The notes under the pieces are model-generated. The model saw only the letters and a program-made list of their open reading frames with translations, made no database searches and was not told where the DNA came from. DNA of 64,000 nt from Bacteroidota bacterium. Its GTDB lineage: Bacteria > Bacteroidota > Bacteroidia > Chitinophagales > Chitinophagaceae. Where the stretch lies: assembly GCA_016712665.1 (NCBI GenBank), contig JADJQP010000011.1:4824-68823 (forward strand). The letters run 5' to 3'. The stretch's first letter is position 1, and each line of letters opens with the position of its first letter. This document shows positions 53,496 to 62,499 of the stretch, piece after piece. A program made the position numbers and the translations under genes.

Positions 53496-54255
53496 ATGAC
53501 CTACCATACCTATCCTCCAAAACAAGCATCTGATCATTGGATCCTTGCCTTTTATGGATTTGGTCAAGAAGCACAAGTTTATAGCAAAATGATTGAGCGG
53601 ACTAATGAGCGTTTTGGTTTTGTAGTAGTAGATCTTCCCTATCAAGAGTTTGAAAAGGCTGAAACAAAGACAGATTTTTTGACGACTCTTACGCATATCA
53701 TTAATGAGAATAAAATAAAAAAACTTAGTGGCATCTCTTACAGTATGGGCAGCAGATACAATTTGATACTGGCAGAATTGATACCCAACTTATTAGACAA
53801 ACTCATTTTAATCGCACCAGATGGCATTCACATCAATTTTTGGAATCAATTAGCCACCTCTTCGCTACTGGGAAAACCTCTATTCAAATACTTGATGCAT
53901 CATCCTGAGCAGTATACGCAATTGCTGAATATTTTATATTGGTTGCATTTCTTGCCAAGAAATATATTTCTTTTCTCCAAAATGCATACCCGCGATGTCA
54001 TGCATTCTAAAAAAGTGTACAACACTTGGATGAATATGAAGAATATGATTCCCAATCTTCAGAAAATAAAAGCTGCGCAAGAAAAAATATTCCATCTGCA
54101 TCCTGGCCATTTACGGAAAATATGATTTTGTAATCAATCAAAAAGTATGAAAAAAATTACACAGCGAAATTCCCAAAGCCGAAATTAGGGTAATAGAAAA
54201 GGGACATAAACTTTTAGATGACGAATTATTTGATGATATTGCAAGGTATTTGTAA
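53496..54255 (+). pseudogene. alpha/beta hydrolase, one frameshift plus one in-frame TGA as sequenced
   Basis: It has a nucleophile elbow (GISYSMGS). The frame switches at the A6 run 54082..54087 (...AQEK-YSICILAIYGKYDFVINQKV). An in-frame TGA at 54148..54150 is followed by KKLHSEIPKAEIRVIEKGHKLLDDELFDDIARYL and a stop at 54253..54255. Confidence 0.7.
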
Positions 54256-55393
54256 ATGCTCCCTATTATCACCTTCATATCAGTACTTCTCCTGTTAGGC
54301 TATGCGATCCTTATGCTGTATTTTAGAGCAGGGTGGAAAAAAATGACGGAGCTAAAAATCCAAAAAGACTATAAACCACGTACTAGGGTCAGTATCATCA
54401 TTCCGGCACGCAACGAGGAAAAAAGTATCGGAATTTTAATTAAGAATATTTTGGCGCAAATCTATCCGCCCGAATTGACAGAAATTATTGTAATCGATGA
54501 TCATTCCACCGATAATACTTCTAAGGTGGTGGGCACCTTTCCGAAAGTAACACTCATTACCCTTGCCGATTTTACAAAAGGAACCGTTTTAAACGCCTAC
54601 AAAAAGAAAGCCATCGAAATTGGCATCAAACAAAGTAGTGGCGAACTCATCATAACCACTGATGCGGATTGCGCGATGTGTGAATTTTGGCTATTAAGTA
54701 TCGTATATGCTTACGAACACAATCATAATAAATTACTGGCAGCACCGGTTGCCTTTTTCAACAAGAAAAATTGGTTCCAAATATTTCAGTCGATCGATTT
54801 CTTTACCATGCAGGGGTGTAACGGGCGCTCTCTCCTATTTTAAAAGCGGCACCATGTGCAATGGAGCCAACCTTGCCTATACCAGAGAAGCCTTTAACCA
54901 TGTGAAAGGATTTGAGGGAATTGACGATATTGCCAGTGGTGACGACATGTTGGTAATGTATAAAATTGAAAAGGCCTTTCCCGGACAAACATCCTATCTC
55001 AAATATAAAGATGCGATCGTGTATACAGATGGCATGTATTCGATACAAAGTTTTCTGCAGCAAAGAATTCGCTGGGCCTCCAAAGCCACAAAGTTTAAAG
55101 ATGCTCGTATTCAGTTTATATTGGCCTGTGTATTTTCTTTCAATGCCTTCTTACTGCTCGTTTTATTTTGTGCTGTACTGGATATTGTATATCTGAAACT
55201 ATTCATCGTACTGCTACTTACCAAGGGAAGCATTGAACTCAGTCTACTTATACCCGTAAGTCGATTCTTCAAAAAGGAAGCAGAACTTTATTACGTCTAT
55301 ATTTTACAGCTCATTCATATACCCTATATTTTAATATCCGCAGTACTTTCGCAATTCGGAACCTATTCATGGAAAGACAGAAAGGTGAAATAA
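54256..55393 (+). pseudogene. membrane-embedded GT2 glycosyltransferase with QxxRW motif, 1-nt frameshift as sequenced
   Basis: An N-terminal TM is followed by SIIIPARNEE, IVIDDHSTD, TTDAD and QQRIRWA, then C-terminal TMs. ORFs 54256..54843 and 54707..55393 join as FFTMQ-GVTGALSYF if one G is removed from the G4 run at 54813..54816. Confidence 0.8.
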
Positions 55394-55403
55394 TAATTCT
55401 CGT

Positions 55404-56495
55404 ATGAAGGCAAAAGAAAATAATAGAACCTGGAATCGGCTAAAGCGCAATAAGGTAGCTTTAGTGGCCTTGGTATTTATTTTCACCATGATAGCAACTG
55501 CCTTATTCGCATACGTATTGGCCCCTGACAATACCAAAGATGCCAATACTATTTGTCTTGAAATTGCTACGCAAAAACCGGGCTTTAGCTGTTTATTTTT
55601 CAAAAAATACAAACAAAATTTCAAGAGTGAACATTCCTTTTTGAATACACTTATCAACGGAAAAGAAGCCGATGCCGAACTCATTCCCATTCGCTCAGGA
55701 GAGGTGATTGGTGATAGCATGAAGGTCAGTCATTTTGTAGATGATGAAATAGTTGAACTGCTCACTTTCCCTATAGACCCAACAATAAAAAATCCTACCG
55801 AACAGTATATTCTGAAACGAACCTTTTGGTTGGGAACCGATAAATTTGGCAGAGATATGTTATCGCGATTACTTATCGGCACACGAATCAGTTTGGCTGT
55901 AGGATTTATTGCAGTGATAATATCTATTCTGATAGGGGTACTACTGGGTTCATTTAGTGCCTACTATGCAGGCATTACGGATATGGCTATTACATGGTTG
56001 ATTAAAGTCATTTGGGCGATTCCTACTTTATTACTCGTGTTCGCCATCACCTCCGTTTTAGGAAAAGGATTCTGGTTGATATTTATCGCCGTTGGGTTTA
56101 CGATGTGGGTGGGTACAGCCCGGCTGATTCGCGGTCAGGTGATGAGTATTAAAGAATTAGAATATATACAAGTAGCCCGTACCATGGGCTTTTCCTCGAT
56201 GCGTATCATTCTTAAACATATACTTCCAAATGTGATGGGACCAACTATTGTGATGGCCGCAAGTAATTTTGCAACAGCCATTTTAATAGAAGCCGGATTG
56301 AGTTTTTTGGGTATTGGTGTCCAGCCACCTGTATCATCATGGGGCCTCATGATTAAAGAAAATTATAATTTCATCATTACAAACCGCCCTATGCTTGCAA
56401 TCATTCCTGGTATTGCGATTATGATGGTGGTACTTGCTTTTAATATTTTAGGAAATGCCTTACGAGATGCAATGGATGTAAAAGGAACCATTTAA
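55404..56495 (+). CDS. ABC transporter permease (OppC/DppC-like)
   Basis: 363 aa with an N-terminal OppC_N-like segment and the EAA-type loop (ARTMGFSSMRIILKHILPN). No cognate ATPase, SBP or second permease is in the window. Confidence 0.8.
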   Translation: MKAKENNRTWNRLKRNKVALVALVFIFTMIATALFAYVLAPDNTKDANTICLEIATQKPGFSCLFFKKYKQNFKSEHSFLNTLINGKEADAELIPIRSGEVIGDSMKVSHFVDDEIVELLTFPIDPTIKNPTEQYILKRTFWLGTDKFGRDMLSRLLIGTRISLAVGFIAVIISILIGVLLGSFSAYYAGITDMAITWLIKVIWAIPTLLLVFAITSVLGKGFWLIFIAVGFTMWVGTARLIRGQVMSIKELEYIQVARTMGFSSMRIILKHILPNVMGPTIVMAASNFATAILIEAGLSFLGIGVQPPVSSWGLMIKENYNFIITNRPMLAIIPGIAIMMVVLAFNILGNALRDAMDVKGTI

Positions 56496-56560
56496 AATTG
56501 CTTCATTTTTTAATTTGTTAAACCATTCTTAATACAAAAAGTCCAACACCAAATTTTTTT

Positions 56561-57799
56561 ATGCGTTCACTAATCCTATTGTTTTCTTTGTTTCTTTCTT
56601 ATTGCAGTTTTTCTCAATTAAATCCGGCCATTACCCACTGGCTTATCAATATGAATGGGCAAACAGGTTTTGCAGGTATTCCCACAAATGTGCAGCAGGT
56701 ACAATACTCAGCGAATAATGTATATGTTAGTACCACTGATGTTCCGGATTGGATTCCGCTTGGCTATAACTGGCCTAACAATCCTTGGTCACCACAAAAC
56801 CAGAACTTCGTATTTAAGATAACCCTCAACCCAAGCGAAAAAATAATGAACAAGATAGCCACCGCTTTTGGTCATATAGGGATTTGGACAAATGGGGTTT
56901 CAATCTATAATCAGAAAGATGCAAAAAGTTGGAACGACTCATCGGTATGGTGGCAAAATGCCTTGTTCTTTGAACATCTTGATATGGAAACAATGGACAC
57001 TTGCCTGGGTCATCCCAATGATAAATTTGAATACCACCTACATGTACATCCCAAATGTTTATGGAACGAAACAGATAGTTCAACACATGCACCATTACTT
57101 GGATTTGCATTTGATGGATTTCCCATTTATGGATGCTACGGCTTTACAAATGCAAATGGAACAGGCCCGATAAAAAAATTAAAATCAAGTTACAGATTAC
57201 GCAACATTGCCGGCAGAACCGTTTTGCCAAATGGTGTTGTTTTGAATCCTGTTTACTATGGTCCCACTTTGGCACAATATCCCTTAGGAGCATATATTGA
57301 AGATTACGAATTTGTAAATGGTCTGGGTGATTTAGATTCATTGAATGGTCGTTTTAGTGTGACACCTGAATATCCCAACGGAATCTATTGCTACTTTGTA
57401 ACACTTGACGATACCTTAGGACCTGCCTTTCCATATGTTCTGGGTCCCCGCTATTTTGGCATGGTGCAACCCGGCAATACAGGCCCCAATTCTGGTCATA
57501 ACACTATTTCCGAACCGGTACTTATTTACACTTCCGTAAATGATATTGACAATGAAATCATTTTCAAAGTATATCCTAATCCTACCTCAACTACCCTTAA
57601 TTTATTTTTGATTCCCTCTTTCTTTGCAAATATGTCCGCGACTTTAGTGAACACAACCGGAAGAACGGTAATGAACTGGGAAAATATTCAAACAGCCGTA
57701 AACTATCAATATGACATTTCGCATTTACCAAAAGGATTGTATATTTTGCAAGTTAATGGAAATGGGAAAACAGTTCATTCAAAAATAATCATCAAATAA
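56561..57799 (+). CDS. YHYH-domain secreted protein with T9SS type-A C-terminal sorting domain
   Basis: 412 aa with a signal peptide, GHPNDKFEYHLHVHP (YHYH motif) and a C-terminal KVYPNPTSTTLNL...GLYILQVNGNGKTVHSKIIIK tail. Confidence 0.8.
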   Translation: MRSLILLFSLFLSYCSFSQLNPAITHWLINMNGQTGFAGIPTNVQQVQYSANNVYVSTTDVPDWIPLGYNWPNNPWSPQNQNFVFKITLNPSEKIMNKIATAFGHIGIWTNGVSIYNQKDAKSWNDSSVWWQNALFFEHLDMETMDTCLGHPNDKFEYHLHVHPKCLWNETDSSTHAPLLGFAFDGFPIYGCYGFTNANGTGPIKKLKSSYRLRNIAGRTVLPNGVVLNPVYYGPTLAQYPLGAYIEDYEFVNGLGDLDSLNGRFSVTPEYPNGIYCYFVTLDDTLGPAFPYVLGPRYFGMVQPGNTGPNSGHNTISEPVLIYTSVNDIDNEIIFKVYPNPTSTTLNLFLIPSFFANMSATLVNTTGRTVMNWENIQTAVNYQYDISHLPKGLYILQVNGNGKTVHSKIIIK

Positions 57800-59395
57800 T
57801 GAAAAAAATCTTGTCTTTTCTTGCTGTGGTAATGCTCTTTCAATCTGCACTTGCTCAAAAAAATATTATTGTCATTATTGCCGACGACTTAGGCGCCGAC
57901 TATTGCGGTTTTACCGACAATGCCACAGACACCGCCAAAATGCCCAACATTCGGGGACTTTTGCAAAAAGGTGTTCGTTTCAAAAATGCTTGGGGTACAC
58001 CGTACTGCTCTTCTACAAGGACCGGCACCTTTACAGGTCGATACTCCTTCCGAACAGGCGTTGGTACCGTTATTGGCGGAGCCTCCTCAGCTGATTTGGA
58101 TTCAAGTGAACTATCCATTCCTGAATTACTTAAATATGCAGCGCCCACAAAATATGCTAGCGCCAATATTGGAAAATGGCATATGAATGTACAAACGCCT
58201 CAGAAACTACTCTATCCAACCAATGTATATGGTTATGAATTATTTAAAGGAAATTTTTCAGGCGCTATTGCCAGTTATACCAATTGGACAAAAATTACCA
58301 ATAGCGTACAAACCGATACCATTACTACGTATGCAACTACTGAAACCATCAATGATGCCATTTCATGGCTTGATACCTTACAAAATAATAAACCCTTTTT
58401 TCTTTGGTTGGCCTTTAATGCTCCTCATACTCCCTTTCACCTACCTCCCGCTAATTTACACACCGTACCAGGACTTACAGGTACCCAACAACATATCAAC
58501 CAAAATCCCGGTCTGTACTTCAAAGCCATGATAGAAGCCATGGATACCGAAACAGGTAGACTCCTTCAATGGTTAATTAATAATAATAAAATGGATAGCA
58601 CCACTATTATTTTTATGGGTGATAATGGCAACGATAAGCGAGTGCGTCAAATTACCGATAGCAATCATGTAAAAGGTACCCTATATGATTATGGAGTGCA
58701 TATACCTTTTTTTCATTTCAGGACCCGGCATTGTAAATCCCAATCGATCTTCAGATGCCTTACTCAATGTACAAGATGTATTTGCAACCGTTCTTGAAGT
58801 AGCAGGCTTTACAAACTGGGCAGCAGCCATTCCGGCGGGCACTATTATTGATTCAAAAAGTATTGTTCCCATTCTTACCAATCAAAACAATAGCATTCGC
58901 GATTGGGCATTCACTGAATTATTTACACCAACACCCACTGCAAAGGATGGTAAAACCATGCGAAATAGTGAGTACCAATTGATACGATTTGACAATGGAA
59001 CGCAAGAATTTTATAACCTGGTAAATGATCCCTTGCAACAAACCAATTTACTTTCGCAAAATTTGAGTGCCACTGAATTGAGCAACTACAACTACCTCTG
59101 CAATGAAATGACCAATCTAGTAGGCACGCCATCATGTCAAGCAGGTGTGGGCATTCAAGAGCATCCACAAGATCAATCATTTATAGAGATTTATAACCTA
59201 AACGGCACCCTTTCCGTTGCTTCTAAAACTCCTTTTGAACTCTCACTTTTTGACATGCAGGGTAAACGATTGAAAACGCAAACCTTCGCAGCCGGCAATC
59301 ACTCCATCGATATGCATGAGTACGCCAAGGGTATGTATCTTTTAGAGGCCAAAACTGGAAATGAAAAAATGACTCAAAAAATATTGAAGGACTAG
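57799..59395 (+). pseudogene. sulfatase-family enzyme with T9SS type-A C-terminal sorting domain, 1-nt frameshift as sequenced
   Basis: It has a signal peptide, IIVIIADDLGAD and a CSSTRTGTFTGRY active-site region. ORFs 57799..58797 and 58685..59395 join as GVHIPFF-ISGPGIV if one T is removed from the T7 run at 58707..58713. The C-terminal IEIYNLNG...GMYLLEAKTGNEK tail is a T9SS type-A domain. Confidence 0.85.
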
Positions 59396-59898
59396 TTCAC
59401 CAGCGTCTCCTTGCCCACCTTACGATAGACATAGGATGTAAAAATATGTCGCTTCGCAAAACGGGTTACGGTGGGAGAATTTACCATTTTTACATATACG
59501 GTACGGGGTACTCCCAAATATTCATAAACACTGCCATCTTGAAATTTGATATGAAGGTTTTGTTTTTTATACACAAAATCATCGACATAAGAACTTGAAG
59601 TAACACGCTGATAATCCTCCAAATTGCTTGCTTTTGTTTCAGGTGCAATGCTTACCAAAAAATGATATCCGGCAATAATTTCTTGACTTTTTACTTCGGC
59701 AATGGCCTGCCGTTCGGCATCATCTATAATTTTGTCGGGATGCCATTCCTTAATCAAATTTCGATACTTCGATTTCAACTGTGCCAAATCTGTATCAGCA
59801 GTGGCAGTAAACAATTTTCGAAAGCTGGCAATTCTGTGCATAAAAACGTATTTGAGCCGGCGAAGATAACCGAATGCGTACAGAGTAATTCCTAACAA
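59392..59898 (-). CDS. J-domain protein with C-terminal KTSC domain
   Basis: LKSKYRNLIKEWHPDK is a J-domain HPD motif. The C-terminal LHIKFQDGSVYEYLGVPRTVY resembles KTSC. The start may be the internal Met at 59841. Confidence 0.65.
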   Translation of the reverse strand: MLGITLYAFGYLRRLKYVFMHRIASFRKLFTATADTDLAQLKSKYRNLIKEWHPDKIIDDAERQAIAEVKSQEIIAGYHFLVSIAPETKASNLEDYQRVTSSSYVDDFVYKKQNLHIKFQDGSVYEYLGVPRTVYVKMVNSPTVTRFAKRHIFTSYVYRKVGKETLVN

Positions 59899-59922
59899 GA
59901 AGTTGTTATCAAACCCGATGCC

Positions 59923-61809
59923 TCACTCACTGAGTTCCCAAGCACTACGATACGAACCATGCTGTTCGACATATTCAAAAAAAGCGGTATAAAAAGAATC
60001 CTTTCCTAAAATGGCACTATCGCCAATGACAAACAATTTTTCCTTGGCCCTCATTATAGCTACATTCATTCTTCGATAATCATTCAGGAATCCAATAATT
60101 TGTTCATCGTTAGACCGAACCAAGGAAATAATAATATTTTCTTGTTCCTGACCCTGAAAACTATCTATCGTACTGATTCGTATTGCTACCGGTAATTTTT
60201 CTTTGGCCAAAATAATTTGACCGGCATAAGGAGAAATGACTGCAGTCTGATAAATATCTAAATTTTCACTTTGTAGAATTTTTTGCACTACTTCCAGTTC
60301 GCCTTCATTTAATAAACTCACTCCATTACTTCCTCTTTCTTCGGCATATCCCGTGCCTGCTGTATCAAAAAACGTAACATGCACGTCCCGATTCTGAAGA
60401 TGTGCCGCCGTTTGCAATTTCCCGTCATAAAAATACTGACTCGAAAATCCCGCGATAGATGCCCGCATCCGATACTGCATATTCAACAAATGAATATTAC
60501 TGATATTTTGAAAACAAACCTCCAATATCGATTTATTAAATCCCAACCTACTTGCTGCATCAGAAAGAACCGTTGGTGGCAATTGAAATGGATCGCCTGC
60601 CAAAACAAACTTTTTGGCCAAGGGAAAAATACACCAGGCAAGTGGTTCCATACATTGACCGGCCTCATCTATAACCAAGGTGTCAAAGGAAAGCTTACCC
60701 ATCTTCTCCGCACTATGACCCGTTAAGGCATCTAGCAATCCGATAGGCGTTCCCACAATTACCTCCGCATTATGAAATAATTTTTCTTCATGATAGGCTT
60801 GAATCTTCCGTATTTCAGTGCGAATATTTTTAACCTCTTTAAATAAGAGACTTCTTTGCTCACGCTCAGCTTTCCCAAAACTACGTTTGTATTTTAAAGC
60901 CATTTTTCGAAATTGTTCGGCACGTATTTTCAATTCTTTAATTTCCTTCTTCTGTTTAGCATCTGACAAATGGCCTTCAATGGTAAAAGGAAAAATAGCA
61001 TCGCTAACTTTAGTGGTATTTCCTACCCGCAATATTTTGAGTCCGGCCCGATGCAAACCGATGGCGATATTGTCGATAGCGGCATTGCTGGGTGCCGCCA
61101 CTAATACCTTTTCATTCTGTTGCACCAATTGCCAAACCGATTCGATGAGTGTAGTGGTTTTGCCGGTTCCGGGAGGACCATGCACCAGGCAGATGGCGTC
61201 GTTGATTACAATTGCTTTCACCGCATTCCGTTGACTTTCGTTCAATGAGGTATTGCGAATCTGAATCGTTACATTTTTTTGCTCCGCAGGTTCAATCGAA
61301 TCTGTATTGCCATCATGAATTTTTGTAAACAAGGGATAAAGCGCATTGTGGGTCGACAATTCGCGCAACCCTTTTTTCATTAAAGAAGTAGTCCGTTGAT
61401 CGGGTGAAAGTTTAATTCCCATTCCTTCATCTTCAATCCAATCGGGAAAGTCAGGTGCAAAAAGTCGAAATTCACCCGATTTGCCTTCCAAATTGATAAG
61501 CACACCCTTAACCGGTTCCTCTCCGTTAATGAAACATTCAATAGCAGCTCCATCCTTGAAATGATTCACTTCTCCCGGAAAATTCAACCGAAATTGCACC
61601 TCAGGATAATCTGCATAACCAAATGATTTTCGGATCACCTTCAGCGGATGTAAGGCAAGCCCCTCTGCTTTTAGCGAGCGTAAGGTGTGCTGCTGGTCTA
61701 AACTATATCGCTTTACTTCTTCTTTCTCCTCCAAATCAATACATTTCAACAAACGGGCTATATGAGGATGCAAATCTTCCATCTGGCGAAAATAGCGCTT
61801 TGTTTCCAT
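59923..61809 (-). CDS. SF1 Upf1/DNA2-like AAA helicase
   Basis: 628 aa with GPPGTGKTTT (Walker A), VIDEAGQ (Walker B), QLPPTV, IDSFQGQE and a NVAIMRAK-type motif VI. Confidence 0.85.
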   Translation of the reverse strand: METKRYFRQMEDLHPHIARLLKCIDLEEKEEVKRYSLDQQHTLRSLKAEGLALHPLKVIRKSFGYADYPEVQFRLNFPGEVNHFKDGAAIECFINGEEPVKGVLINLEGKSGEFRLFAPDFPDWIEDEGMGIKLSPDQRTTSLMKKGLRELSTHNALYPLFTKIHDGNTDSIEPAEQKNVTIQIRNTSLNESQRNAVKAIVINDAICLVHGPPGTGKTTTLIESVWQLVQQNEKVLVAAPSNAAIDNIAIGLHRAGLKILRVGNTTKVSDAIFPFTIEGHLSDAKQKKEIKELKIRAEQFRKMALKYKRSFGKAEREQRSLLFKEVKNIRTEIRKIQAYHEEKLFHNAEVIVGTPIGLLDALTGHSAEKMGKLSFDTLVIDEAGQCMEPLAWCIFPLAKKFVLAGDPFQLPPTVLSDAASRLGFNKSILEVCFQNISNIHLLNMQYRMRASIAGFSSQYFYDGKLQTAAHLQNRDVHVTFFDTAGTGYAEERGSNGVSLLNEGELEVVQKILQSENLDIYQTAVISPYAGQIILAKEKLPVAIRISTIDSFQGQEQENIIISLVRSNDEQIIGFLNDYRRMNVAIMRAKEKLFVIGDSAILGKDSFYTAFFEYVEQHGSYRSAWELSE

Positions 61810-61939
61810 TTAGGAGAACAGGGCAAACCAAATTACATCAGATTCCCATTTGTATCAAAAAAAATGGATCCATCATACAAAAGAGAATAATACTACCTTC
61901 GCCCGCTATAACGTCCTTCTTCTTTTCATATTCTGATTT

Positions 61940-62380
61940 ATGATCTATCAAATACTTACTGTCATACTGCTTTCCAGTTTTGAAATTTATGTTGCCATTG
62001 CTTCCGGTATGGCCTTTCAATTATCACCACATATTATTTGTTTGGCTACATTGACAGGTGGTATCTCGGGCGTTTTTATCGCGGCATTTTTAGGGGATCG
62101 AATAAAGGCCTTTATTGCTTCCTATCGAAAACCTTCATCCGAACCGACAAAAATAAAAAATGGCGTCAAAGAAAAATTCTTACTTAAACTCTGGCATCAG
62201 TATGGAGTATTTGGAATTGGCTTCATTGGGACTTTTCTTCTCGGAGCACCAGCCAGCATCGGTATCGGTTATGGATTTGGTGTGCAGGCAAAGCAATTGG
62301 TAAGGCTATGCCTTGTGGCGGTAGTCATCAGATGTATTGCCTATTCTTATTTCTTCGATTTTTTAAAAAATCTGATATAG
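61940..62380 (+). CDS. small polytopic membrane protein (possibly small multidrug export-like)
   Basis: 146 aa with about 4 hydrophobic helices. The family assignment is tentative. Confidence 0.4.
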   Translation: MIYQILTVILLSSFEIYVAIASGMAFQLSPHIICLATLTGGISGVFIAAFLGDRIKAFIASYRKPSSEPTKIKNGVKEKFLLKLWHQYGVFGIGFIGTFLLGAPASIGIGYGFGVQAKQLVRLCLVAVVIRCIAYSYFFDFLKNLI

Positions 62381-62499
62381 CTTTATCGTTTACAGCTTTA
62401 GATCCCTCCATCAGGAATTCTTCCCAACGTCCTTTCTACAAAGCATTCCGGCTGTTTATCAAAAAAGGAAGCAGCAATTTCGCTTATCCACTTCAATTT

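Noticed and set aside
41206-54150. Stop-codon reassignment (for example TGA as Gly) as the explanation for the in-frame stops
   Set aside because: All three stop codons occur as interruptions, and the expected residues differ (Gly, Leu/Thr-like, Trp, unknown). The same codons terminate neighbouring conserved genes at normal lengths. No single recoding scheme fits.
54148-54150. Selenocysteine at the in-frame TGA of the alpha/beta hydrolase
   Set aside because: The position is not a catalytic or redox Cys-type site in this fold. I see no convincing stem-loop immediately downstream, only an A-rich run. The gene also carries a frameshift 60 nt upstream.
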